From a virus, in IMG/VR virus record IMGVR_UViG_3300048583_000198, positions 1 to 64,000 of that record: a stretch of DNA of 64,000 bases; one strand, 5' to 3'. The position numbers and the translations under genes were made by a program. How positions within the stretch are numbered: position 1 is the first letter of the stretch; each line of letters begins with the position of its first letter. Shown here piece after piece: positions 55,146-64,000 of the stretch. The notes under the pieces were generated by a model, which saw only the letters and a list, made by a program, of their open reading frames with translations, was not told where the DNA came from and searched no databases.

Positions 55146-55563
55146 AGTGTTCTGCAACACACGATAGACCAGCCCAGGCAGTGCGAGCAGCATTGCCATT
55201 GGGCGGCATCACGGCCAAAGGATTGATCATGTAGATACCACGCTGAATGCGCCGTATCAGATCACATTCCATTAAGGCTGGCAGATGATTCTGCACAAAG
55301 CGACTGTCCACTTCAGGGGACAGCAGCCTGGTGCGTACCACCTCATTCGTATCCACATTGCGTGCCTTCACCATGGCACGGAAGAGCTTAATGCTCGAGG
55401 GTGGGAGGGACGCGAGAGTATCAAGTAGGTCCATGCTTGCACCGTTTCGGTTGGAATCGCCTGTTCCCACAATGAGGAACGGCGGCTTGGCATCACGCAA
55501 TCGTCTGCGTCGGTGCGTCACCAACTCCTCATCGTAGGAGAGATTTAGGATGCTATTAGGCAT
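55117..55563 (-). CDS. winged-helix DNA-binding protein, RepL-like
   Basis: L.ECDLIRRIQRGIYMINP; lone - strand gene in the early region. Confidence 0.6.
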   Translation of the reverse strand: MPNSILNLSYDEELVTHRRRRLRDAKPPFLIVGTGDSNRNGASMDLLDTLASLPPSSIKLFRAMVKARNVDTNEVVRTRLLSPEVDSRFVQNHLPALMECDLIRRIQRGIYMINPLAVMPPNGNAARTAWAGLSCVAEHSENTTAPTP

Positions 55564-55712
55564 GGCATTAGTCTATGCCTTCAACGACTAACAAACAAGT
55601 AGTTAATACTAGGCAGCCCATCATTTCGTCTGGGCTACCAAGTATTACCTCGCTTGTAAGTGATTGATTTCCCTCACAACCCATCTGCTGATTCATTCTT
55701 AGGAGAACCAAC

Positions 55713-55877
55713 ATGTTGCTAGCTTTGCTCACGTTGACCGGTGTACTCAGCATCGTGCTGATGATCCGGTCTGTCTTCGTCGTGCATGACAATTTCCTGG
55801 GTGCTGTCCTCATGGGCATCTTCGGCTTTGTCAGCTTCGTTATCACCGCTGTGCTCACCAATGTGGTGTCGTCATGA
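55713..55877 (+). CDS. small two-helix membrane protein
   Basis: AGGAG RBS; 54 aa, mostly hydrophobic. Confidence 0.65.
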   Translation: MLLALLTLTGVLSIVLMIRSVFVVHDNFLGAVLMGIFGFVSFVITAVLTNVVSS

Positions 55878-56050
55878 ACCTCAAGGAGATGATGCCTCTC
55901 GAGTTGCATGAGCGTCGGCTCAAGCTGCTCAAAGAGGTGAAAGAGATTGACGAAGAATTTCGTCGTCGCATTCATCCCATCGTCACCACCATTGACGAGC
56001 ACCGTGCCAGGGCTGCGCATTACGCCAGCATTGGCAAGCGTCCGTACTAA
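55874..56050 (+). CDS. small hypothetical protein
   Basis: ATGA coupling; MNLKEMMPLELHERRLKLL..., 58 aa. Confidence 0.6.
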   Translation: MNLKEMMPLELHERRLKLLKEVKEIDEEFRRRIHPIVTTIDEHRARAAHYASIGKRPY

Positions 56051-56063
56051 CAGGAGAACTCAG

Positions 56064-56372
56064 ATGCTCAATGGCATCGCAGTGTTTGTCATGCTCACCA
56101 TGCTGTTCATGTGGTGCGGCAAGAAATGGCGGCAACGCCTTGTCGGGATGGGATTCCTGACAGACATCTCGGTGCACATCCTGTGTCAGCTACTGCTCGG
56201 CGGTGCCAATGAGGGCCGCCTTGCAGTGCTGTTCGGGTGTGTGCTGTTCAATTTGCACTTGATGACCTACCGCAAGCTCTGGGGCTATTCAGCCTTCGAA
56301 GAGGGAGCATGGGTTTTCCATCGTGGTCTGTTCAACTTCCGGAGGAACCATGGAACATCTCAGGCTGGATAA
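56064..56372 (+). CDS. early membrane protein
   Basis: AGGAG RBS; three hydrophobic segments. Confidence 0.7.
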   Translation: MLNGIAVFVMLTMLFMWCGKKWRQRLVGMGFLTDISVHILCQLLLGGANEGRLAVLFGCVLFNLHLMTYRKLWGYSAFEEGAWVFHRGLFNFRRNHGTSQAG

Positions 56373-57993
56373 CCAGCGTTCACATGCTGTGAGTCTCGAT
56401 CCAGACACACAGCACATCTTCCACTACGTGTGGATACGGGGCCGATGCAGCTTGGTAGAGCTGTTTCCCGTGTTCGCACGTAAGGTGGAAGGATTCCTGG
56501 AGAAGCTCGAGAGCTTGCTGGTGCAGGGCCATCTGCATACAGATCTCAAGAGCATCTGGGCCAGGGACCGACAGATCGTGTTCACCGAAACTCCGCTGTC
56601 TCGACCGGAAGAGAGTGACAGCTGGGTGCTCAAAGCTCTGAACGAGCAGGTGCACGTCGTCGGTGATGATTTTACGTGGAATGGTGCCATCCACATCAAT
56701 CGTGACTTTCAGTTGCAGTGGCACAAGATGACGCTCAAGCCCGGAGATCGCTTCTATTTGGGCCATTTCGAGGATTTTCGTGGCCGCATCTACTGCAAGG
56801 GCCACATCCTCACGTATCAGGGCACCGACTTTCAGAAGTCCCTGATTCGTACTGAGCCCTATCAAGTGACAGACCTCGAGTGGCTGCACATGGACGTAGC
56901 TCGTAGCTATGGACTAGACAAAGCCACATGGGCAGAGCGTCTGGCATGGAGCTTGGACCATCCTGAGCTGCAACAAGGTGCCAAGGAGCCCTTCCTGTAC
57001 AAGAGCGCCTGGGAAGCTCTGCAGAAGGCTCTCAGGGGTGAAATGATTGATCACCCTGTCAGTCTGGATGCCACGGCCTCTGGCATTCAGTGCCTGTCGC
57101 TTATGGCGCAGGATCCAGTGAGTGCCTTGGCCGTCAACCTGGGTAGCCAGGTGGTCAACAATCCGTATCGGAAAGTCCAGGAGGAGATGGGACCGTACGA
57201 CTACGAGCGTGTGAAGCAGGCCACGATGACGCACTTCTACGAGAGTGTGCTCACACCCTTGCAGCTGTTTGGCGATGACTATCCTAAGTTCCTGGAAGCC
57301 ATGGAGAAATCCATGCCAGGGCCTACGGCTATTCGTGATGCCATCGCCAGCTGCATGACGTACCAGGATCGGTACAGGTGGGTGATGATGGATGGGTATG
57401 AGGTCGACATGAAGGTGACCACGCCCATTGAATGCACCATGGATATCGGTGCTGGCCATCAGATGACGTGGATAGAGCATCGACAAGCAGCCGTGGCCAC
57501 CAAGGGGCTCACTGCCAATGTGACGCATAGCCTGGATGCCCTCGTTCTGAGGGAAGTGCTGCGTCGTACCCACTGTCCCTACCAGTGGTACCAGCATGAA
57601 ACGCCTTTCGAAGAGCTGCGTGAGAAGGACATCCTGCTCATGCAGAGCATCATTCGGTGGCGACAGACTCAATTCCTGTCATTCGAGTTCATGGACCATT
57701 GTGATGGCATGAACCAGCATCTCGTTCCTCGAGAGCTGAGAGAGGCCGTGGACGCACGTACAAGCGCCGATTGCATGTACATCCAGCCCATCCACGACTG
57801 CTATCGAGTGAAAGCCAATGACGCCAGCCGCCTCTTCCAGATTGTTCGGGAAGTGATGGCTGACTTGGCGTATGCCAAGACGGCGGAATGGCTGCTGCCT
57901 CAGCTCGGATACAAAGGCAGCATCAAGGACGATGAATGCAGGAGAACGGCATTGAAGGAGCAAGTCCTTAATAGCCTCTACCTGATATGTTAG
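56350..57993 (+). CDS. T7-like RNA polymerase; N4 RNAP II subunits 1 and 2 fused in one chain
   Basis: DFRGRIY, YQG, DVARSYGLDK, motif A LDATASGIQ, motif B RVKQATMTHFY, HSLDA, motif C IHDCY; GGAGG RBS. Confidence 0.9.
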   Translation: MEHLRLDNQRSHAVSLDPDTQHIFHYVWIRGRCSLVELFPVFARKVEGFLEKLESLLVQGHLHTDLKSIWARDRQIVFTETPLSRPEESDSWVLKALNEQVHVVGDDFTWNGAIHINRDFQLQWHKMTLKPGDRFYLGHFEDFRGRIYCKGHILTYQGTDFQKSLIRTEPYQVTDLEWLHMDVARSYGLDKATWAERLAWSLDHPELQQGAKEPFLYKSAWEALQKALRGEMIDHPVSLDATASGIQCLSLMAQDPVSALAVNLGSQVVNNPYRKVQEEMGPYDYERVKQATMTHFYESVLTPLQLFGDDYPKFLEAMEKSMPGPTAIRDAIASCMTYQDRYRWVMMDGYEVDMKVTTPIECTMDIGAGHQMTWIEHRQAAVATKGLTANVTHSLDALVLREVLRRTHCPYQWYQHETPFEELREKDILLMQSIIRWRQTQFLSFEFMDHCDGMNQHLVPRELREAVDARTSADCMYIQPIHDCYRVKANDASRLFQIVREVMADLAYAKTAEWLLPQLGYKGSIKDDECRRTALKEQVLNSLYLIC

Positions 57994-58064
57994 TTAATGG
58001 TGGCCTTAGCAAGGATGCTGAAGGCCACCTGTCCCCTCACTTAACAACAGACTTAGGAGTTGAA

Positions 58065-58451
58065 ATGAACAGAAACGTCGAGTTTTCGGTCCTCGTGGGT
58101 AAGACCATCGAGGCCATCTGGGGCGGTGCTGGCGACGACAGCATCAAGTTCACGTGCACCGATGGTACCCAGTACCAGATGTATCACTACCAGGATTGCT
58201 GCGAGTCCGTCTATGTCGAAGACATCGCTGGTGACCTGCAGGATATCGTCGGCAGCCCAATCCTCGTTGCTGAGGAATTGAGCAGCAGTGAGGATCCGCC
58301 TGGGGTGAAGCTGAGTGACTACCGGGAATCCTTCACGTGGACGTTCTACAAGCTCGATACGGCCAAGGGGGGTGTCACCATCCGTTGGTACGGCTCAAGC
58401 AACGGCTACTACTCAGAGCGGGTCGACTTCCATGAGGTGACTCATGGCTGA
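58065..58451 (+). CDS. conserved phage hypothetical protein
   Basis: MYHYQDCCESVYVEDI, FTWTFY, WYGSSNGYYSE; AGGAG RBS. Confidence 0.8.
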   Translation: MNRNVEFSVLVGKTIEAIWGGAGDDSIKFTCTDGTQYQMYHYQDCCESVYVEDIAGDLQDIVGSPILVAEELSSSEDPPGVKLSDYRESFTWTFYKLDTAKGGVTIRWYGSSNGYYSERVDFHEVTHG

Positions 58452-58698
58452 GAAACCCAAGCCGTTCATCACCACCACTCAGGGAATGTCTGGGTGGTTC
58501 GCTGTCCAGTATTGGTGGAACGACAAGGACTTCCCAGGAGATGGCTTCTGGGAGCCTTGGGAAACGGGCTTTGGTCGCTATGCGAACGAAGAAAAGGCCA
58601 TCGAAGAAGCCCAGACATGGGCTGAAGCCGAAGGTCTCGAGTACCGTCCTCGTGTCACTACTGCTGACCATATGGTGAGCAATCCACCTCCAGCGTGA
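58444..58698 (+). CDS. hypothetical protein
   Basis: GAGG RBS, Trp-rich. Confidence 0.7.
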   Translation: MAEKPKPFITTTQGMSGWFAVQYWWNDKDFPGDGFWEPWETGFGRYANEEKAIEEAQTWAEAEGLEYRPRVTTADHMVSNPPPA

Positions 58699-58913
58699 TA
58701 ACGACGCTGTGTGGAAATCGTGCAGGCATCTGACGAGATGTCTCTCGTCCTCTTGGACCCAGAGCTAACCAGCTGGGTAGAGGGAACCCCAAACTCGGGC
58801 TGTGGTGGCCCAACTCAACTAGCTTGACGAAGCATCATGACAATTCAATCCGGCGTGGCCACAGCACCAGTAGTGCGGCAGTGGCCTTCCTTCAACTTCA
58901 CGGGAGAATGTCG

Positions 58914-59036
58914 ATGTTCAGCATGTCCACTCTGATCGACCTGGGCTGCATTGCTCTGGTCGTATTCATTGGCACAACGCTGTTGAGTGCTGGCGTCATG
59001 GCAGCCGCAGCGTACAAGACGTGGAAGGAGTTCTGA
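58914..59036 (+). CDS. small membrane peptide
   Basis: GGGAG RBS, one hydrophobic helix. Confidence 0.5.
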   Translation: MFSMSTLIDLGCIALVVFIGTTLLSAGVMAAAAYKTWKEF

Positions 59037-59182
59037 TGGAACTCCTCATCATCCTGGTCCTCATTGGCATGGTCGTGTACCTGCTGCCCTACATCATTGC
59101 CGGTGTGTTCATCGCAATCGGCATTGTTGGTGGACTGCTGGCACTCATTGCCATAGGCATCGGGAAACTGCTCAGCCGTTGA
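59036..59182 (+). CDS. small membrane peptide (48 aa)
   Basis: AAGGAG RBS, TGATG coupling, almost entirely hydrophobic. Confidence 0.6.
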   Translation: MELLIILVLIGMVVYLLPYIIAGVFIAIGIVGGLLALIAIGIGKLLSR

Positions 59183-59197
59183 TTGCTTCAAGTTTTG

Positions 59198-59233
59198 GTG
59201 TCGGCCCCTTCGGGGGTCGGCACTTTTTTTTTT
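59198..59233 (+). terminator. intrinsic terminator ending the early block
   Basis: GTGTCGGCCCC-TTCG-GGGGTCGGCAC followed by 10 T. Confidence 0.92.
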
Positions 59234-61238
59234 ACAACCAATCGAAAGCAATACTGCCAACAGGTTGGTGCACAAAAGGTCCACGAAGATTGATAGAAGC
59301 TGCTGAAACCTGTACAGGCCAAGGACTCACGCGATTATTTACAAGAACATAAAGCGGAATATCCCAAGGAGTTTTCCCTGAATTTGTAGCATTAGGTACA
59401 CCATATGTATCAAGCATACTAATGCTGCCTACTAAAGCATTGTTTCGATAAAAAACAATCTGCTTGTTTACATAGTCAATCAAACAACCCCACACATCTC
59501 CGATTAAAGGAGACACAACAGTACCTATTGTAATTTCATTGTTGTCAGCGTTAGGAATAGAACATTTTCCGTTTCTTGTATCGTATAGATACGAACCGCC
59601 TCCACCCATTGCTGCAAAATTAACACCCAGCTGGATATGTTTTGCGTTTAGCAAAGTTAGTTCGTAGTAATACTTTTGGAGTACTCCATTAATTCGCGGC
59701 ATTACAGGACGCGAAGAACTAATAATTGCTGCAGCATCGTCAGAAGTGACATAGGTTGCATACACTGTGTTGTATTCAACTAAACCGCATGTGTCACCCC
59801 AATTCCAGTAAGTCTCCATTACAGCAGGAGCAAGCTCTACATTTTTATTGAGCGCAAAAAGCAAATGATTACTCACACCGCCTGGGCAAGATTCATTTGG
59901 AGCACTGAATGAAAAATCGTCCCAACAAGACGCAAGTGCTCCATTTTTTTCTTCACCTGCCATTACAGGACCATTTGGCGTAGGAAGAAAATAAGCAGGA
60001 TCTTTTCCACGTCGAAAACATACTGCTCGAATATCACGATATTCGTTTGATGCTGGAGTGAATTCCCAAGCATAAGTATAACCAGAACCGTTCCAATAGC
60101 CTCGAGCAATACTAATTCGAAGCTTATATGTTCCAGTTGTTTGAGCAGTGAATGTTAAAATCAAAGTACAACCTGTTGTACTTGGATCACCATCTTCTCG
60201 CTCAGCAAGAGTTCTGTGTTCCCAAACAGAACCATAATCAGTTAGTGGATCAAGCACACTTCCCCATCTAGTTGTGCTATGAACAATTCCTCCTCTTTCA
60301 TTTCCAAGCGAATCTACATAAGAAACTCCAAGAGCCCCTTCATACCCGCTTTTCAAAGAACCGCGACGACTCAAGTGATACGTGTATTCTTCTCCTGCTA
60401 CAAGAGACACCTCATATTCAATGTAATGCCGCCCATATCCAAAACCACCTGGGCGCAAACGAGCATGATTATTCGCCATGGTTTTTAATCCCATAGCAAA
60501 AGAAGACCAACCCGCATCTTGTACAGAAGAAGTTGCTGTTTCCCCTGGAATCCAGTTTTCACCTTCTGTATTTGAAGCAACACGCCGCCCTACATAAAAA
60601 GCGTTGTATCCAGAGTCAACGATATAAGGCAAAGAAAAAAGCTGCTCATCAGCAAGCACAGGTCCGAGCGGTTGTTCTGATTGCAAACCCCAAGCAGATG
60701 AACTTGCGTCTGTACCTTTTGAACCTGTAACAAGGACTACAGGTGATCCCTCATGCCCAAGATGCATAAACAAAGGCTCAGTCTGACGCCAATCAGACGA
60801 TCCACTAGCTCGTGAAGTATTACGGTTTGCAAAAGGCATGTTTCGATGAATGTTTGTGTAAGCATAAGTCACAGAACAAACACGATAAATTCCATTTGTG
60901 TTTGGGCTAACAAACGTCGATACATAAAACGTAGCGGGATCAAGATCTTCTGCTGTCGCCCAACGATAAAAAATCACACTACCTGAATTGTTTGCATTTC
61001 GAAGACCAGGATCTGCTGCATAAATTTCCCATCCTTCTGGAATAGTTAGTGCAGCGCCTTCTCCCCAAGTTCGACCAGTGTTTGTTACACAAATCCAAAG
61101 CATAAAATAACCAACACGCAAATCAGCAATGTTAGTCGGAACAAAAGTAGTTGATGTACCGCACCCGTTATTGATGTAACCAGGAGGCGGTGGCTCAACA
61201 TAAAGAACTTGCGGTGGAATGTAATAGGTAGGCCACAT
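59232..61238 (-). CDS. putative receptor-binding/tail protein with C-terminal SPRY/concanavalin-like domain
   Basis: True start ATG 61238 (TAATG coupling); KYYYEL, GDVWGCLIDY...IVFYRN. Confidence 0.7.
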   Translation of the reverse strand: MWPTYYIPPQVLYVEPPPPGYINNGCGTSTTFVPTNIADLRVGYFMLWICVTNTGRTWGEGAALTIPEGWEIYAADPGLRNANNSGSVIFYRWATAEDLDPATFYVSTFVSPNTNGIYRVCSVTYAYTNIHRNMPFANRNTSRASGSSDWRQTEPLFMHLGHEGSPVVLVTGSKGTDASSSAWGLQSEQPLGPVLADEQLFSLPYIVDSGYNAFYVGRRVASNTEGENWIPGETATSSVQDAGWSSFAMGLKTMANNHARLRPGGFGYGRHYIEYEVSLVAGEEYTYHLSRRGSLKSGYEGALGVSYVDSLGNERGGIVHSTTRWGSVLDPLTDYGSVWEHRTLAEREDGDPSTTGCTLILTFTAQTTGTYKLRISIARGYWNGSGYTYAWEFTPASNEYRDIRAVCFRRGKDPAYFLPTPNGPVMAGEEKNGALASCWDDFSFSAPNESCPGGVSNHLLFALNKNVELAPAVMETYWNWGDTCGLVEYNTVYATYVTSDDAAAIISSSRPVMPRINGVLQKYYYELTLLNAKHIQLGVNFAAMGGGGSYLYDTRNGKCSIPNADNNEITIGTVVSPLIGDVWGCLIDYVNKQIVFYRNNALVGSISMLDTYGVPNATNSGKTPWDIPLYVLVNNRVSPWPVQVSAASINLRGPFVHQPVGSIAFDWL

Positions 61239-64000
61239 TACTTGTACACCCCGAGTGCACGAGCGTGCGCTTGGATCCGTGCTTCGCTCAGTACCGTTGT
61301 GTAGTAAGCCGCGCCTCCATACACGCCTGTCGCCGCGGGCGTGGCATCGCCGGGATTCCCCAGCAGCGAGAACACGCCGCTGGCGCCTCCGGTGTGCTCC
61401 TGTCCGGCCGTGTAGACCTGACTGCCGACTAGCTGCCCATCGATATATTGCTTTACTTGTCGCGTTGCGGCGTCTTTGGTTTGCACAAAATGATGAAGAG
61501 TTCCGTCGAGCCCGCCTCCGATAAACGATGGGGTTGCGGGCGCGTTCGTACCCGACCCGTACTCCCAAAACGTACCTAAGCCGCCGCCACTGCCCACCGC
61601 TAGCTGCATTGCAAAGTTTGCGGTTGATGTCTCTCCGTCTGCGCCGAGGCCGGCGATAAATCCGGCAGACGTGAAGGCCCCCCAAACCTCAACCGTGAAG
61701 GTTGTAACCGGCGCGGTCAGCCCCAGCTTCGTCGCGCTTACGGCATAGTTAAATTCACCGCCGTTGTTGACCGCCACCGTCTTTCGAGTCGGGAAGCGAG
61801 GATCGAGCGCCCTGAACTGGTATTGAGCGATCGGCGCGCCAGTGATCGTAAGCGTGTATCCATTCCCGCTGCTGTCGGCGAAGTTGCCGCTGGCCTCATC
61901 CAGCTTCCACCAGCCGCGCGGCGAGTCGGCGGCGATTTCGTCGTCGATGTTAGTGTCGTCGGCAATTTCCAGCACTCGAAGGATTGATCCGGCCATTAGT
62001 CTTGCGGGCGCGGCGCTGCTGGAAGTGTTTTGCGCAAACTGATAGGACAATTCCCCGTCGCTAGTAGTCTCGATCGTCCCGTAATAACGCGTTGAATATC
62101 TTGAGGTCACGCTATCTACCGCATCAACGGCTAACGCTGTAGAGAACGTGTGGAAGCTGAGTGACGTGCTTGCGATACAACCGAGGCGGGAATATGAGGC
62201 TCGGCTAACTGTGCCGGTGAAATTGAGCCGGTGCTTCATGTCCGGCGTCGCGTTAACGTGTGTATCCAACCAGAATTCAAACCAGTAGATTCGCCCTGCT
62301 TTCAACGGACATTTTAGATTCGTCGAGTCTACATAAGCGGTGCTACTCAACACATCTTGGTTCGCAACCTGTAGCCGCACCGACTCGCCCGCAACAACCC
62401 CCGCTGGCCCCTGCGCTCCCTGAGGCCCCGTAGGTCCGCTCATGCGGAAAATGGACAGCCGCCCATAGCACGTAGATGTTCCAGAGCGGTTCTGAACCAT
62501 CGCTTCGATGTAGTCACCGGCCGCGTAGTAGTCAATGTCTACGACTTCGGACTCGACAACGATTGCCGTTGAGCTTGAGCCGCCACGGTGCTTGTGCTGA
62601 GTGTTCGATAGCGCCGCGCCGTTTTTGCTGATGTATACGCGCTGAAGATCGTCGGCATCGCCTGACTGCGAAGCGGTGGCAACCACCTGATACCAGCCGT
62701 TCGCCGGAATCGTGATACGTGTCGGGTTGACCGCTGACCAGTAGTTTTCGTCGTCGCGAATCTCCGTGTCCCAACTGATCGCCTGCGCGGTCGTATTGAA
62801 GCTCTGCAGTGCCGCACGAGCGACGATACACCCCGACTGGCCGCCACCGCCGCCACCGCCTCCACCGCCGCCAGCAGGTGGATTAATCCATTCAAGACCT
62901 GTAGCTGCAGTAGAATTAGCTGCAAGAATTTGGCCATCAGCACCAACTGCTAGTCGTGCAGCAGCATCTGTTCCTGTACCTACAGCAAGATCGCCTTTCG
63001 CGTTCCAAAGAACATCGGTTGCAACATCTCCTGCAACACCTGGAATAAATTTGCTTGTAGCGGTGTCCCAAACAAGAGCATCACCATCTGCAAGACCGGC
63101 GAGATTTACATCATCAAGTGAACTTATAGCTAAATGAACAGGAATCCATCGACTAGTCGTGGTATCCCAAATAACAGTATCGTGGTCAATTACACCAGTG
63201 AGATTGACATCTCCGAGTAAACCAAATTCAAGACCCGTAAGTGATTCCCACGATACATCGTAGTCATCATCACTCAATTTAGTGAGAACTTGGCCTGTTA
63301 AACCACCTTCAGGCGTACCTGCAGGACCGGTTGGACCTGCTGGACCAACAGCACCAGGTGCTCCAGGAGGACCGGCTGGACCGGCTGGAAGAATTCCCCA
63401 ACCAGTACCTGTACCTGTGAAGTCAGGAAGAAATGAGCCTTCCCATACATTGTCAACTTCATCGTAAGCGGCATAAACAATATCAACAGCATTAGGAGCT
63501 GTTGAAAGAATAGGCGTAATGTCCATAATCCAACGAAAATTCGCTGGCCATGTGATGGTACGACCGCCTGTTGCATCTTGTTTAATTCTTAACTTGATAA
63601 CCTGTCCTTGAATCGGGTTATCAATTGGAAGAATCGTTCGATTACCTCCAAGCGTTAGGCGAAAAACATTTGATCCATGTCCATTCAATGAAATTGAAGG
63701 AGCATCGGTTAGTTGAACAGTTTTTGTGCCTTTACCTGCTTGATGTTGCCCTGGATGTCGTAAACGATCATATGCATAAGCTCCCGTTTCAGGATCAACA
63801 GCTTTGTATCGTGGAGCACCTGCATCTACTTCTTCATGAGTAGCCCATTCAATTTCATCACCACCAAGATCTGCTAATACTTTTACGTGCTCGTCACGAC
63901 TAGCATCCCAAAGCATAATGTAATCAGCAGATGGATCTACTGGTTCACTATGCGCAGGCAAAGTTGGGATGTCTGGACGGATATATACTTGTCCCTGGAA
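61238..64000 (-). CDS. modular tail fibre, 5' end outside the window
   Basis: Frame is open to base 64000; QDATGGRTITW module, Gly-X-Y repeats, C1q-like ITIP..GWYQV, LamG-like GWWKLDEASG C-terminus. Confidence 0.8.
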   Translation of the reverse strand, partial: FQGQVYIRPDIPTLPAHSEPVDPSADYIMLWDASRDEHVKVLADLGGDEIEWATHEEVDAGAPRYKAVDPETGAYAYDRLRHPGQHQAGKGTKTVQLTDAPSISLNGHGSNVFRLTLGGNRTILPIDNPIQGQVIKLRIKQDATGGRTITWPANFRWIMDITPILSTAPNAVDIVYAAYDEVDNVWEGSFLPDFTGTGTGWGILPAGPAGPPGAPGAVGPAGPTGPAGTPEGGLTGQVLTKLSDDDYDVSWESLTGLEFGLLGDVNLTGVIDHDTVIWDTTTSRWIPVHLAISSLDDVNLAGLADGDALVWDTATSKFIPGVAGDVATDVLWNAKGDLAVGTGTDAAARLAVGADGQILAANSTAATGLEWINPPAGGGGGGGGGGGQSGCIVARAALQSFNTTAQAISWDTEIRDDENYWSAVNPTRITIPANGWYQVVATASQSGDADDLQRVYISKNGAALSNTQHKHRGGSSSTAIVVESEVVDIDYYAAGDYIEAMVQNRSGTSTCYGRLSIFRMSGPTGPQGAQGPAGVVAGESVRLQVANQDVLSSTAYVDSTNLKCPLKAGRIYWFEFWLDTHVNATPDMKHRLNFTGTVSRASYSRLGCIASTSLSFHTFSTALAVDAVDSVTSRYSTRYYGTIETTSDGELSYQFAQNTSSSAAPARLMAGSILRVLEIADDTNIDDEIAADSPRGWWKLDEASGNFADSSGNGYTLTITGAPIAQYQFRALDPRFPTRKTVAVNNGGEFNYAVSATKLGLTAPVTTFTVEVWGAFTSAGFIAGLGADGETSTANFAMQLAVGSGGGLGTFWEYGSGTNAPATPSFIGGGLDGTLHHFVQTKDAATRQVKQYIDGQLVGSQVYTAGQEHTGGASGVFSLLGNPGDATPAATGVYGGAAYYTTVLSEARIQAHARALGVYK

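Noticed and set aside
56012-56034. possible fourth vRNAP promoter (TAC-GCCAGC-ATT-GG)
   Set aside because: Imperfect stem, no CCGGAHTACAC box, and inside a coding ORF.
58730-58755. CTGACGAG hammerhead-like core
   Set aside because: No GAAA after the following stem and no compatible stems I and III.
61239-61685. N-terminal extension of the 817-aa ORF
   Set aside because: Overlaps the fibre gene out of frame and reads as Arg-rich noise; TAATG coupling gives start 61238.
59232-64000. diversity-generating retroelement acting on the fibres
   Set aside because: No reverse transcriptase and no template/variable repeat pair seen.

Overview
The window is most of the genome of a lytic N4-like podovirus (Schitoviridae-like), circularly permuted. 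The + strand at 1-20.2 kb carries middle genes: an M28 peptidase, ThyX, a Dda-like helicase, a family A DNA polymerase, a nuclease, primase, an AAA ATPase, SSB, a GNAT/phosphoesterase/HD/dNTP-pyrophosphatase cluster, a gp49-family protein, RtcB and three tRNAs. The - strand at 20.2-54.1 kb carries late genes: a 3325-aa virion RNA polymerase, N4 gp51-59 equivalents including major capsid and portal, terminase, tail/appendage genes, three FN3-like proteins and a holin. Early genes start at about 54.3 kb on +, and a second - strand fibre block runs from 59.2 kb off the window end. Main observations: (1) the normally two-subunit N4 RNAP II is one fused ~547-aa ORF; (2) three tandem N4-type hairpin promoters share an extra CCGGAHTACAC box; (3) one of them appears to drive only a ~125-nt rod-shaped non-coding RNA; (4) three further structured intergenic RNA candidates; (5) tRNAs with non-canonical anticodon arms next to RtcB. 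All family calls come from reading motifs by eye, with no database search.
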